From a virus, in UHGV virus genome UHGV-0115803: a stretch of 53,738 nucleotides of DNA; one strand, given 5' to 3'. Under the pieces are notes generated by a model. It did no database searches and was not told where the DNA came from. It saw nothing but the letters and a program-made list of their open reading frames with translations. Positions 35,282 to 46,289 of this stretch are shown here, one piece after another. The stretch's first letter is position 1, and each line of letters begins with the position of its first letter. A program made the position numbers and the translations under genes.

Positions 35282-36156
35282 AAAACATCACACTCCTCAT
35301 AAACTTCTACAGAAACCTCAGCATTTGCAGTATGAAAAACGATGGATGAGTTTCCAATAGGCATATGCACAAAATTTGTTTTTGTGTGATCTTGTTGCTG
35401 ATAAACTGAAGAAACATTTCCTTGAGAATCATAAAGTAGCGCTGTTCGATCCTGAAAAAGACTCGATACTACTAGTGTTTGTCCTTCTTCTAAATTCAAA
35501 AAGAACCCATCGCTAGCGACGAGTTCTCCATCCTTAAATACTTCCCAATACGGATTTTTACATTCACCTGAAACCGTTACTTTTACAGGCGAACTACGAT
35601 CTTTATTGTTGAAAAGATAAACTGAATCATTCGAAACATTAAAAGTTCCGGTCTTTTCATTTGCATTTTGAGTATACACGTAAGGAAAAGTGAATCCGTA
35701 TATTTTCCCTCTCGTATATATTTTTTGATTACTTTGTTGAATTTCTGCTTTTTTTACTTCATACCAAGGGGTTAAATATTCGAGTAATAAAGACTCTTTA
35801 AGCAACCTTCCAAATGAACGTTCCGACTTAGTTAATCGTTTCAGCGCAACATTTCTGTATTTCTCCCCTGCGTCACTTGCATACTTTAATACAATAGGCG
35901 GATGAGAAAGGAACTTAACAAACTCGAGATAAATTTGGTATGTTTGTTGGTGATCACGAAGACCATAAATGATGTCTATTTTGAACTCTTCGAAATCCGC
36001 TTCACACTCAACCAATCTCTGGTTACCATTACTAGCATTGAAATTATTACTTATTGAGATTCCAAGGCCTTCTGGATCTACTCCCAGAAGACCTTTTTTG
36101 TCATTTAAGGAAATAGCATCGCCATCTCCGTTAGTTAGCTCAAACTCTCGACGCAT
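35278..36156 (-). CDS. distal tail protein (Dit)
   Basis: 292 aa, immediately downstream of the tape measure gene. Confidence 0.5.
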   Translation of the reverse strand: MRREFELTNGDGDAISLNDKKGLLGVDPEGLGISISNNFNASNGNQRLVECEADFEEFKIDIIYGLRDHQQTYQIYLEFVKFLSHPPIVLKYASDAGEKYRNVALKRLTKSERSFGRLLKESLLLEYLTPWYEVKKAEIQQSNQKIYTRGKIYGFTFPYVYTQNANEKTGTFNVSNDSVYLFNNKDRSSPVKVTVSGECKNPYWEVFKDGELVASDGFFLNLEEGQTLVVSSLFQDRTALLYDSQGNVSSVYQQQDHTKTNFVHMPIGNSSIVFHTANAEVSVEVYEECDVF

Positions 36157-36157
36157 A

Positions 36158-39100
36158 CTATAACCCCTTTCTTACTATTTCTTTTGCGATAGGTTCAGCT
36201 AATTCTTGCGAAACTTTTTTCTTATCAAGATAGGTTGATGAATCTTTCACTGCAATTTCATGAAGCAATTCATTATTTACCTTAAGTAAATTGATAATCT
36301 CCGTTAAGTCGATCATCCCACCAGATTTTGATTGCATAAAGTTTCTAGCGCCTTGTGTCTCCATCCCTATAATTTCAGCTAGATTAACAGTCATATTTGA
36401 TGCGAGATTATTCAAACCGGTACTCGCTGAGTCAAGGATATTTGATCCATTGTTGACCATGTACGAAATAGCTTGACCAATCAGTTCCATGGCACGAGCT
36501 GGCTTAGTCACTGGTAGAACGACCTCTGGTTTTCCTTTTTCTCCAGCTCGGTAAAGACCGTCTTGAGTAATCCAACCGCCGTTTTCGTATCCATGGCCAT
36601 GACCGATAACCCCAAGCATATTTGAACCATAACGGCCTTTCGCATATCTAATTGCAGCCAAGATATTATCGAATCCATTCATTATGTTTCCATGTCCTGG
36701 AAAAGCATTTGCCGCAAATGTACCTGGCTTAGTTTGAAGCAAGCCTGTTGCATTTCCATCTGCCAAACCGTCATTACCACCTATCGCTGATGGATTCCCT
36801 CCTGATTCTGTCTGGATTTGAGACATCCAAGCATTTACATAAGCCTGAGTTGTTGGTAATCCGTTCATTTTAAGTGCTTTTTTCACATACGAACGCCACC
36901 GCTCTACGGCAGACCCTCCAGGAGTAGGCAGACCACCAGCAACGTCTGTCCCAGCCTTATATACACTGCCAGCACCTAATGAACCATTTAGATGGATGTG
37001 ATCATAATGATCGCCATCAGGCCAAGGTACCCATTGACCTGTTGCTGCTTGACCAGACATACCAACTCGATCACGAACTCTGCCGTTGGTAATTACATAT
37101 GCTATTTGTTTAGGGAATTTCTCAAATGCCCAATTAGCTGCTTCTGTATATCTCGGACTTCCGTATGGGTATCCTGAAATATCTAATGCCTGATGTTTTC
37201 CATGATAGTAAGGATCACCAGGTCGATATCCAGAAGTTATTGTTAATCCACCGAATTTAGACATAACTTTTTGAGCGATATCAACTAAGTATTGATAAAC
37301 ATTATTCGCATTCATGGCACCGTCAAAACTACCACCGTATGCATCCTCCACTTGCTTCTGAGCAAACGGATAAGCTGCGTTTGTCATTAACTTAACGCCC
37401 GCTTTAGTCATATTTTTCCAAGGTTCGACGATACTGTTATAATCTACACGCTGATCAACAAGTTTTTTGAAGGCTCCTTCATCATCTATGAGGTCGAAAA
37501 TATCGAACTCTCCAATGCCATCTTCATATTTCGGAATCATACTTCCAAGGTTATTCTGAGCTTTTAAGACTCGTTCAGTCATCGAAGCATTGAGTACCTT
37601 CGCACCCTTTTTAAGCCAAACAAGAGCATTTCTACCCTTAGCAATAAAGGTAGATCCGTCTGGTTCTTGGATGATTTCCTGATATTTAGAACCTTTTTGG
37701 TCATTTACTATTGCCGGACCATCAGCAGGATGGCCATCTGTTCCTCTGGCATACTGCGGTACTGTCCAAGCTCCTAATTTCTTGTCGGACTCTACTTCTT
37801 TTAGGACATAGTTAACTCCACCAATTACGCCATTAACACCTTTACCGATACCACCAACCATCTTATTAGCAACGCTGTTCATTGTTGCAGATAGAGAACT
37901 ACCCATAGAATTAATACCATCGATCAACGACTGCATTAAAAAACGTCCAGCGCTATTAAAGCCGCCCGACTTCGATCGAAGATTATTAATCGCATCATTT
38001 CCCAGCTGATTCACTCGATTGATGAATGTTTGGTAAAGTGAGTTCCAACCGTTCAACAGATTTTGAAGCCACGTACGGCCAGTCTGGTACATCGCATTGT
38101 AGAAGCTACGTAAAAGATTTATGACTTGATTACAGAAGTTTCTCACAGTCGTAATGAATGTAGAAACAAGGCTATTCCAGCCATTCAGCTTATTTTGTAT
38201 CCAAGCTCGACCCATTAAGTAGTTTGGTGAGTTCTGTGCTGTAATTACTTTTGTGTAATTGCTGATGAATGAACTAACTAAGTTCATCATTGAAGGAAGT
38301 ACTGAATTCCAGCCGTTCATGAAGTTACTCAACCATTCAGAACCCTGAGTTACCATCGAAGGGCTGATTGAGCTAAACTGACTCAAAATACCATTAGCAG
38401 CTGATAAAGCTGTTTGTAGCAACTGAGGAGTTGAATCAGACATTCCTTGATTACCTGCCTGTGAAGCTTGTTGAGCTGAGGCCTGCATCTGACTCGCATC
38501 AGGCATCCCGTAGCTCTCAGTTACAATCATGTCATTTGAGAGTCCGACAGGTTCTGCATCTTGTACAGCCTTGGTCATCATGTCTGTCATTGTAGAAACA
38601 ACGCCTTCAATAACTGGTAATCCTTTTTCTATTCCGACAGCAACACCTTCAGGGACCCATTTAGCGATCCCAATCATCACTCGTGACGGTGACTTGATTT
38701 TTAGTTTATCTTTGAACCATTTACTAACATTCCCTGCAACATCAGTTACTGTTTTTTTGAGTGAGCCTAACGCGTCAGTAATTCCTTTGCCAATACCACC
38801 AATAATATCTTTACCAATCTTGCCCCACTTTACATCTCCAAATGCTTTGAAGATAGCAGCGACAACTTGCGGCAACATCTTAATCAAGACACCGATGGTA
38901 TTCAAAATACCTTTTCCAAGAGCTATCAGGATTTGAACACCTGCTGCAATGATTTTCGGTAAATTCTGAATAAGAATTGCTACAATCGTAATGATTAATT
39001 TAATCGCCAATTCAATTAATTTAGGCAAGACGTTCAGAATTCCTTGAATTAACGATCCAAGAATTTTGACACCTGCCTCGATAATCTTCGGCAAGCTCTG

Positions 39101-42100
39101 AATCAATGTCGTGACTAGAGAAATAATCAGATTGAAGGCCAACTCAATCAATTTTGGAAGCATCATCATAATCCCATTGATCAAAGCAACGAGGATAGTC
39201 ATACCAGCTTCAATAATTTTTGGAAGATAGGTAATAATCAGCGAAAGAATCATCTCAACAAGTGAAATAACTGCACTGATTAGATTTGGTAGCATCTGAA
39301 TGATTCCGGTAATAATCGCAGTCAGGATTGTAACTCCGGATTCAATCAACTGAGGCAAAACAGAGAGTAATGTCTCAATGATTGTCTTAGAAATGGTGAA
39401 TGCGACTGTTACAGCAGCTTGTGCTAAAGGAATAAGTGTTTGTAGTATTCCTTGTATGATATTCGTTAGTAGATTGACTCCAACTTCTATCATTTTAGGT
39501 AATATCTCAGTAAACGAAGTCACCAATCCAAGAACGATTTCTGAAACTTTTTCCAATAAGTCTGGTACCGTAGTTCCCATACCTTCTGCGAGTTTCGAAA
39601 TGAGATTGCTTCCGGTAACAATCAATCCAGGTATGCCACCGACCAAAATTGCAATGATTTTTGGCAGTAGCGATTTGAAAATGTTGATTAATGGTTCAAA
39701 ATTTCCATCGAAAGCTTTGGCTACCGCAACCTTGAACTCAGCAAACTGCTGTTTTACACCTTGAACGAAATTTCGAATGCCTTGACCTAATCGATAGATC
39801 ATATTTAGTTGATTTTCACTAAATGAATCACCAAAAAGATTCGTCAGGCCTTCAAGGCTGGTAATATTTCCTGAAATAATGAACTTTAATCCTAAGAATG
39901 CCCGTCGGATTTGTTGAACGATCTCATAGAATTTTTCAAAACGTTGAATCGTTACATCGCTGAACATACTTGTATTGATAGATTCGGAAAACGAATGAAA
40001 GTCCATATCGCCAGTTAGAACATCTTTGACGATTTGAATTCCATTTTTCAGTCTGTTAAAACTTTCATGAAGTATAGTTATTCGATTCATGATCGCATTA
40101 ACAGTGTCTTGCGGTAAAAAGTCAGCTAAAGCCAACTTCAAATCTTCATACTGCTTGCGATCACCGCCATGAAGAATCTGATCTAGACTTGACCTGATGA
40201 TATTTGACGCTACTTGTACTCTTTCGTTAGCGTCTTTTTTGAATTGATCAAAGGCTTTGTGAAGAATCGTTAAACGATCAAGAATTTTATTGGCGGTTTC
40301 TTGAGGAAACAGATTATTGAGTGTTTGTTTCAGTTCCTCAGTCTTACCTCTATCTCCGCCAACGAAGATTAAGTCAAAACTTCCTTTAATTGCTTGAGCT
40401 GCAAGCCCAAACTTCTCACTAGCCTTTTCCCTGAACTCTCCAAATGCTTTGTGCAACGCTGTTAATCGATCGATAATGACGTTAACAGTTTGTTGCGGTA
40501 AAAGCTGATTGAGATTTTCTCGAAGCGCTTCGGTCTTCTTGCGATCCCCACCAACAAATATTAACTGCAATGCTCCATGAATAGCATTTCCTGCAATGAC
40601 AAACGTTTCTCCAAGTTTCTTAACGAAGTTAATCAATGGTGCGACTAATTGTCTGAATTTCTCTGAGCGTTTGTAGAGATCAGTTATTGCGACTCCTAAA
40701 CCAATCACTGCTGCAATAACTAGCACAAACGGATTAGCAGCAGCCAATTTGATAAATGGACCAATCCATTGAACGAATTTTATTAGAGCTGCGAGTAAAA
40801 GAACCAATGCTCCATACGAACTCAAAGCTGCAAATAATCCTTTTACAATAGAAATTAATGGATTTGCTGATTTGCCAATATTTTCTAATGCTTTAGCAAT
40901 TGAAGCTAATACCTCTTGAACTTTTTCAGATCCAATCGTATTATCTCTGAATGATTTCATTGAAGCAGTCGCAGAACCTAATGCATCAACCGCAACTTTT
41001 TTGAAAGGTTCTAATCCTTTGACGATAGTTGTAGTAATAGCCGTTCTGAAATTGGCCATTGAACCAGATAGAGTATCACCAGCTGTTTTAGCCAAACCTG
41101 CCATCCTAGCTGTTGAACCTGCAACTCCGTCGGTACCTTCTTCGATTCCTTTACGAAGTGTCTCGATTGCTTTACCAGCTTCTAACGTTCCATCAGAAAC
41201 TGCTTCTTTCATATCTGTTACAGATTTCTGACTCGCATTAGCTAGAATTTGCCAAGCCGGAATCCCAGCGTCTACCAAACGATTAATATCATCCGCATAA
41301 ACAACACCAGCTGATTGCATACCCGAAATTGCACTAGTAATCTGGTCTATAGATTCTGCACCGTTACCCACACCATATGCGGCATCAGCGATTGCTTGGA
41401 AAACACCTTTTACTTTCGTGCCTTCCATGCCAGCAGCAACCATTTTCTTAGCACCCATTGCAACATCATTCAAAGCAATAGGTGTGCCTTCAATAGCGGC
41501 TGCCAGATCATCCATGACTTGTTTAGCGATTCCTGCACTTCCTGTTAAAACAGTAAGTGATTTCGTAGCTGTATCAATCGTGTCAATACGGTCAATGGCT
41601 CTGCCGATAGAATCTCTCAAAATATCAAATGCTTTCGCTACAATTGCAATGGAAGCAATAGAGCTCGCAACGTCTTCTACTGATTGCCTAGCAGATTTAG
41701 AAGGATCATCAACACCCGATTTAATTTGATTCCTGATATTAGGAAATATTGATTTTGCTTTATCAAAAACAGATTTAAATCCACTAGTAAGATTATTCTT
41801 TACTGATCTTGATGCATCTGACGCACTCGTTGATATTGACTTGATACCACTTTTTACTGATTGCCAAATGTTAGAAGCGACACTCGGAATGCTCTTTATT
41901 CCATTCACAAACCCTGTTCTTATGTTTGAGGCTACCTGTGACGCTTTTGAAGGAAGCTGAGACAATCCGTTGCCGATTTTAGATACAGCACTTGCAGTCG
42001 TATTAACTATTGAGTTAAAACCAGTAACAAAGACATCCTTAGTTCGATTTAAGACTTGAGTTGCCTTTGTTGGAATTGACTGTATCTGAGAAATTGCTTG

Positions 42101-42655
42101 ATTTTTTGCTTGAGCGAAACCTGAACTAACAAAACCAGTTACGGATTTCATGGCACGTTGAATGGTTCCTGGTAATTCTATGACTTTATCGACAGGCTTT
42201 TTAATCAAATCCAGCAATGAATTTCCAATTGTCTTAAAGCCATTCTTCAGATCGGTAAAACTTGACTTCAAATTGGATACGCTGCTTTTCATTGAAATAA
42301 CTAATGCTTTATTCATCGCTTTGCTATCTTTAGTCATTTCTGAATAGGATAATTTTGCATCGCTTTTCATCTGATCGAAATTCTTTTTCGAATCAGCAGA
42401 TAAACTAGCATTTGCGCTTTTCATTTTCTGCGTCATCGATTGAAAACCAGTTGAAACTGTCTTCGCTGATTGGCTTCCTTTTTCGCCTAAATCTTTTGCA
42501 GTCTCAACCGTGTTACTGATTTTACTTGCCAAATCAGTAGCGGCCTCGCCAGTTCTTGTGAACCAGTTGAAAAAAGTGGCTACCGCCTTCTCAGCTGGTG
42601 CAGAGTCTGCTGTGATTTCTATATAAGCACCGCCAACTTTTGTACCTTCTGCCAT
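36158..42655 (-). CDS. tape measure protein with C-terminal LAS/M15-like zinc peptidase and SLT lytic transglycosylase domains
   Basis: 2165 aa. Internal tandem repeats (three units of ~50 aa, then units of ~33 aa LPKIIEAG...). HGKHQALDI...DHYDHIH peptidase motifs. TESGGNP...GLLQ is SLT-like. Confidence 0.85.
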   Translation of the reverse strand: MAEGTKVGGAYIEITADSAPAEKAVATFFNWFTRTGEAATDLASKISNTVETAKDLGEKGSQSAKTVSTGFQSMTQKMKSANASLSADSKKNFDQMKSDAKLSYSEMTKDSKAMNKALVISMKSSVSNLKSSFTDLKNGFKTIGNSLLDLIKKPVDKVIELPGTIQRAMKSVTGFVSSGFAQAKNQAISQIQSIPTKATQVLNRTKDVFVTGFNSIVNTTASAVSKIGNGLSQLPSKASQVASNIRTGFVNGIKSIPSVASNIWQSVKSGIKSISTSASDASRSVKNNLTSGFKSVFDKAKSIFPNIRNQIKSGVDDPSKSARQSVEDVASSIASIAIVAKAFDILRDSIGRAIDRIDTIDTATKSLTVLTGSAGIAKQVMDDLAAAIEGTPIALNDVAMGAKKMVAAGMEGTKVKGVFQAIADAAYGVGNGAESIDQITSAISGMQSAGVVYADDINRLVDAGIPAWQILANASQKSVTDMKEAVSDGTLEAGKAIETLRKGIEEGTDGVAGSTARMAGLAKTAGDTLSGSMANFRTAITTTIVKGLEPFKKVAVDALGSATASMKSFRDNTIGSEKVQEVLASIAKALENIGKSANPLISIVKGLFAALSSYGALVLLLAALIKFVQWIGPFIKLAAANPFVLVIAAVIGLGVAITDLYKRSEKFRQLVAPLINFVKKLGETFVIAGNAIHGALQLIFVGGDRKKTEALRENLNQLLPQQTVNVIIDRLTALHKAFGEFREKASEKFGLAAQAIKGSFDLIFVGGDRGKTEELKQTLNNLFPQETANKILDRLTILHKAFDQFKKDANERVQVASNIIRSSLDQILHGGDRKQYEDLKLALADFLPQDTVNAIMNRITILHESFNRLKNGIQIVKDVLTGDMDFHSFSESINTSMFSDVTIQRFEKFYEIVQQIRRAFLGLKFIISGNITSLEGLTNLFGDSFSENQLNMIYRLGQGIRNFVQGVKQQFAEFKVAVAKAFDGNFEPLINIFKSLLPKIIAILVGGIPGLIVTGSNLISKLAEGMGTTVPDLLEKVSEIVLGLVTSFTEILPKMIEVGVNLLTNIIQGILQTLIPLAQAAVTVAFTISKTIIETLLSVLPQLIESGVTILTAIITGIIQMLPNLISAVISLVEMILSLIITYLPKIIEAGMTILVALINGIMMMLPKLIELAFNLIISLVTTLIQSLPKIIEAGVKILGSLIQGILNVLPKLIELAIKLIITIVAILIQNLPKIIAAGVQILIALGKGILNTIGVLIKMLPQVVAAIFKAFGDVKWGKIGKDIIGGIGKGITDALGSLKKTVTDVAGNVSKWFKDKLKIKSPSRVMIGIAKWVPEGVAVGIEKGLPVIEGVVSTMTDMMTKAVQDAEPVGLSNDMIVTESYGMPDASQMQASAQQASQAGNQGMSDSTPQLLQTALSAANGILSQFSSISPSMVTQGSEWLSNFMNGWNSVLPSMMNLVSSFISNYTKVITAQNSPNYLMGRAWIQNKLNGWNSLVSTFITTVRNFCNQVINLLRSFYNAMYQTGRTWLQNLLNGWNSLYQTFINRVNQLGNDAINNLRSKSGGFNSAGRFLMQSLIDGINSMGSSLSATMNSVANKMVGGIGKGVNGVIGGVNYVLKEVESDKKLGAWTVPQYARGTDGHPADGPAIVNDQKGSKYQEIIQEPDGSTFIAKGRNALVWLKKGAKVLNASMTERVLKAQNNLGSMIPKYEDGIGEFDIFDLIDDEGAFKKLVDQRVDYNSIVEPWKNMTKAGVKLMTNAAYPFAQKQVEDAYGGSFDGAMNANNVYQYLVDIAQKVMSKFGGLTITSGYRPGDPYYHGKHQALDISGYPYGSPRYTEAANWAFEKFPKQIAYVITNGRVRDRVGMSGQAATGQWVPWPDGDHYDHIHLNGSLGAGSVYKAGTDVAGGLPTPGGSAVERWRSYVKKALKMNGLPTTQAYVNAWMSQIQTESGGNPSAIGGNDGLADGNATGLLQTKPGTFAANAFPGHGNIMNGFDNILAAIRYAKGRYGSNMLGVIGHGHGYENGGWITQDGLYRAGEKGKPEVVLPVTKPARAMELIGQAISYMVNNGSNILDSASTGLNNLASNMTVNLAEIIGMETQGARNFMQSKSGGMIDLTEIINLLKVNNELLHEIAVKDSSTYLDKKKVSQELAEPIAKEIVRKGL

Positions 42656-42682
42656 TTGCTCAACTCCCTTCTATATGTATTT

Positions 42683-42964
42683 TTATTTCTTCCACCATTG
42701 AGTGGTGTCAATACCTTCCTCATTTGCATTTTGAGTGATATTTTCTTTTGCGCTCTTGATAGCTTCTTCGTACGGCTTCATCAAATTAGAATCATAATCC
42801 TGTTGCCCAGTCAGTTTGCTTAAGAACATTCCAACTGAATCAACGATTGCTACTTGAATCTCATATTGTCGAGCACGTCTTGATTCATATTCCTTTTTAT
42901 TTCCCCATTCATATTTTCGTCTCAGCCAACTAAACGACTGATCCAATACATACTCTTCTGACAA
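42683..42964 (-). CDS. tail assembly chaperone T-segment (expressed by -1 frameshift from G)
   Basis: The frame remains open upstream into the 3' end of 43000..43599, in the -1 frame. Confidence 0.5.
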   Translation of the reverse strand: MSEEYVLDQSFSWLRRKYEWGNKKEYESRRARQYEIQVAIVDSVGMFLSKLTGQQDYDSNLMKPYEEAIKSAKENITQNANEEGIDTTQWWKK

Positions 42965-42999
42965 TGAATAAAAATATGAAACGAATTGAATCTGTTCAA

Positions 43000-43599
43000 T
43001 TACGCTTGAGGCGAAGGATTCAATTGCACTACTGATGCCGACTGCTGATCGGCCGCTGGTTTTGTTTGAGCCGCTTGTTGATTCTCCTTGCTCATCGGAC
43101 GAAATTTCGTTTGAATCTTTTTTATCAGCGCCGTTAATTTTTCGATCGGAGTTCCTTCTAAAAATGCCCCAATAATCAACGATGTATCAAAGAAGTCCAT
43201 TTCTTCTGCTTCTTCAATCGTCTTATCCAAAACGATTGCTAAAAGTTTTGTAATTTTTTCATCAGGTAACACCTCTAACGCAAATTCAACAATTTGATCG
43301 ATCGTTGGGAATTTGAATTCCCATTCTAAATTTCCATTTTCATCTTTTTTCTGTTCGCCAACTTCATCAAGTGCAGGGCGTTTTTCCGTGTTTGCTTCTC
43401 GCCATTTTAAATAGTCGTTGTAAATTATCAAACCGTCACCGGCAACGAATTTAACTAACGACACTACTTTCTTATTCGTTAAGCGCGGTACAGGAATCTT
43501 ACTTCCATCGCTTAACTCCACCATTTTCATTTCAGTTACTACACTATTGATTTGTTCTACTGTTGTATTTTCAGTCATGTTATTCTCCTTTTTAGACAA
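43000..43599 (-). CDS. tail assembly chaperone (gpG-like)
   Basis: Acidic protein between the major tail and tape measure genes. Confidence 0.5.
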   Translation of the reverse strand: MSKKENNMTENTTVEQINSVVTEMKMVELSDGSKIPVPRLTNKKVVSLVKFVAGDGLIIYNDYLKWREANTEKRPALDEVGEQKKDENGNLEWEFKFPTIDQIVEFALEVLPDEKITKLLAIVLDKTIEEAEEMDFFDTSLIIGAFLEGTPIEKLTALIKKIQTKFRPMSKENQQAAQTKPAADQQSASVVQLNPSPQA

Positions 43600-43634
43600 A
43601 ATAAAAGACCCTGCTGATAAGCAAGGCCATGCGA

Positions 43635-44453
43635 TTACAATACTTGTTCGATTTCAATGAAGACATTTTCGTCTTCTGGAAGATCATCCTGAGCGAATGA
43701 AGTAAACGACACTGGAAGTGTTGCCTTCTCTTTACCGTGATTCGTTTCGACATTATCACTAATCTTCACTTCATAATAGTGGACCATTAAGAATGTCCCG
43801 TCTTCACGTTTTACAATCAGAGTTAAGCTATATGAAGCAATTGACGTTGGTGCACCATAAGAAATCGTCTTAGTTCCGAGTTCTTTCACCGGTGTCAAAG
43901 TATCTGTTGTGGAATATGCTTTTGAAACACCTTTTTTTAGTGTGATAAGATCGTCAGCGGCTTGAACAGAAGAAATTTCAATAGTTTCATCACCAATTTT
44001 AGCAAAACGGACAGTTTCGAAATCCACGCCTTTACCAGTAGCTACTTTGATTTTACGGTTGCCTTTATTTATTGCTGCAGCTAGTGTCGCAGGATCGCCG
44101 AGGTCGGCTGCTGTCTCAGTGATATCGCCACCAGCCATAGCTAACGAACGATTGTCAATTGAGTTTTCCATTAATGTGGTACCAATAGTGTTGGTCCATC
44201 CGCTAATTGTCGTGTCAATCGGAGTAACTGATTGGTCAATCGTTACTTCTTCTGTTTCGTTACCGCGAGAACGGCTGATACCTTCTGTTGTTCCACCAAG
44301 ATCACGGAAACCTTCTTTAAGTTCAAAAGTTTTCATATCCATTACATCTGAGATTTTTGTTGGACGAAAAGTCGTATCTTCACCAATGATTAAACGACCC
44401 GCACCGCCTTGAATGTTCTTTTTATTAAAATGGAAAAATTGGTCTTTTGCCAT
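43635..44453 (-). CDS. major tail protein
   Basis: 272 aa, position upstream of the chaperones. Confidence 0.55.
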   Translation of the reverse strand: MAKDQFFHFNKKNIQGGAGRLIIGEDTTFRPTKISDVMDMKTFELKEGFRDLGGTTEGISRSRGNETEEVTIDQSVTPIDTTISGWTNTIGTTLMENSIDNRSLAMAGGDITETAADLGDPATLAAAINKGNRKIKVATGKGVDFETVRFAKIGDETIEISSVQAADDLITLKKGVSKAYSTTDTLTPVKELGTKTISYGAPTSIASYSLTLIVKREDGTFLMVHYYEVKISDNVETNHGKEKATLPVSFTSFAQDDLPEDENVFIEIEQVL

Positions 44454-44716
44454 TATTTAGTCCCCTCCTTCTTTTCTGATTCTTCATAACTCCATGATGA
44501 ACTAGAAATTTTCAATTTTTGCAGTTGCTTGTTTGTCAATTCAAGGATTTCTCCATGAATAATCACTTTTCGAACGCCTTCAATATTGACGCTTAACGTC
44601 GTTCCAGCACCAGAATTCGATTTAGCCATTACTCTAACTTTGGATTCTTGAGTAGTAGTTTCTTGTTTTGTTTCTTGCTTCTTTTCTTTTTTCTTGTCTT
44701 GCACTTTCTCTGCCAA
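44453..44716 (-). CDS. hypothetical K/E-rich protein
   Basis: ORF. Confidence 0.35.
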   Translation of the reverse strand: MAEKVQDKKKEKKQETKQETTTQESKVRVMAKSNSGAGTTLSVNIEGVRKVIIHGEILELTNKQLQKLKISSSSWSYEESEKKEGTK

Positions 44717-44728
44717 AATATTTCCTCC

Positions 44729-45082
44729 TTAATTTTCGAAATAGTTAATGTACATGTAGCACCACGCCTCGTCTTTTTTGGACACATCATCGACATTCGG
44801 AACTGGTGACATTTGAAAATCAATATCAAAGACATTGACACCCGCTATATCAGAAAAGTTCCGTTTTAAATAATTACCAACTTCTGTGCATTTCTCCAAT
44901 GCCTCTATATCGCTTTCTGAGCGTACTAAAAGTTGTATGGTATTTTTCCCTATTGTCTTAACTAAAAGACAGGGAAGTGGTGCTGTGGCTTCAATTTTCC
45001 AAGTTCTAAACGAATTGAAATCTTCAAAAAAAGCAGCCTTCAGGAAATCCCGAATACTGCTTGAAGCATCGACAAAATCCAT
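44729..45082 (-). CDS. tail completion / head-tail joining protein
   Basis: Position. Confidence 0.4.
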   Translation of the reverse strand: MDFVDASSSIRDFLKAAFFEDFNSFRTWKIEATAPLPCLLVKTIGKNTIQLLVRSESDIEALEKCTEVGNYLKRNFSDIAGVNVFDIDFQMSPVPNVDDVSKKDEAWCYMYINYFEN

Positions 45083-45096
45083 CGAGCTACCCCTTT

Positions 45097-45522
45097 CTAT
45101 GTTCGTAAAACTTTCTTCATCACGTCCAAACCAGAACTGATCATCCGATCCATGCCGTTTTCAAGTCCTCTGGCGTAAATGTTGTAACGACCTTCTAGAT
45201 AAATTGCGTATGGTACGCCTGATCCAGTCTTGAGAGTAGTTTTAGTTCCCGTCTCTTCCCATTCATTAATGATCGGGCCAACAGCGGAACCGCTTGGACC
45301 CAAATAATGAGTAATGAATCCGAGCGAGTTAATGTACGCTGCAGTATCTATGTGATTATCAGCAGAAGTAACTTCTTTCGCACTCTTCGCCCATTCCTTA
45401 GCCATTTCAGAAACCAAAGCTTTTCTAGCATCTTTCATCGATCTTGAACCGCCGAGTGTCTCGGAATCAAGTGAAATCGATACTGCTGCAAATTTCGACT
45501 TGTACTGCATTTTCTTCTTCAT
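45097..45522 (-). CDS. head-tail joining protein (HK97 gp10-like)
   Basis: Position and size. Confidence 0.4.
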   Translation of the reverse strand: MKKKMQYKSKFAAVSISLDSETLGGSRSMKDARKALVSEMAKEWAKSAKEVTSADNHIDTAAYINSLGFITHYLGPSGSAVGPIINEWEETGTKTTLKTGSGVPYAIYLEGRYNIYARGLENGMDRMISSGLDVMKKVLRT

Positions 45523-45523
45523 G

Positions 45524-45883
45524 CTACTCAGCGCCCTTTAAGAAAACTTTGTAATGATGAAGCGTGCGATCGTCATAATGAGGCGTGATAGAGTCCACTT
45601 CAAGATTTGCCGTGGTGAGCAAATTCCCTTTATCATCCTTGATGTTTTCAACAGTCATTTGTGGATCGACTGCTGTATCTGGTGTTAGATGCAAACTCAT
45701 TTCTATTACTCGATCGGTACCAGACGAATTCCTTACATAAACTTTTTTCGTCATGAATCGACATTTGACAGTTTCAGGTTCATTTTTTTCATAGATAGGT
45801 CGTCCCCATTTATCCTCACCAACATACTTTTCTCCAGGCAATGTCAGGTCGCATGTATGAATCAATAAATCATCAAACAACAC
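45524..45883 (-). CDS. head closure protein
   Basis: Position and size. Confidence 0.4.
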   Translation of the reverse strand: MLFDDLLIHTCDLTLPGEKYVGEDKWGRPIYEKNEPETVKCRFMTKKVYVRNSSGTDRVIEMSLHLTPDTAVDPQMTVENIKDDKGNLLTTANLEVDSITPHYDDRTLHHYKVFLKGAE

Positions 45884-46289
45884 CGATTCTCACGCTCCTT
45901 TTTCGTAGGAGTCCTGTTCCCTCCAAAAACATTAAGCAAGAAGGCGCTACTCTCCCAGCTTGTCGGCTAGTAGATCCACCACTTGCAGATCGGCTATAGT
46001 CACCGATGGAATAGCTTAATGAACTTTTGGGCGTTCCTGTTATATCTACATCAATACCTTCAACTTGATAGTACTCGATCTGGGCGCAACATGCTTTCTT
46101 GATCAGTTCTTGAACATCCTCAGAAAACTTATCTAACCCTATTTTGAGAATCTGATACTCTGTCAACGCGTCAACTATTTCAGTTGCACGTTTAGAAAAT
46201 CGAGAGAACTTGCCATTTTCGACAGGTGTTCCCTCGAATACTTCTTCATAATACTTTTCGTCAACATAAGCTTGAGCCATACCGCCCAC
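45873..46289 (-). CDS. head-tail connector protein
   Basis: Position and size. Confidence 0.45.
   Translation of the reverse strand: MGGMAQAYVDEKYYEEVFEGTPVENGKFSRFSKRATEIVDALTEYQILKIGLDKFSEDVQELIKKACCAQIEYYQVEGIDVDITGTPKSSLSYSIGDYSRSASGGSTSRQAGRVAPSCLMFLEGTGLLRKRSVRIGVV

Noticed and set aside
36291-41729. Multiple plus-strand ORFs (61-135 aa) inside the tape measure gene, and similar ones inside the RBP and portal genes
   Set aside because: Antisense ORFs within long, compositionally biased coding regions; no RBS support; explained by the minus-strand genes.
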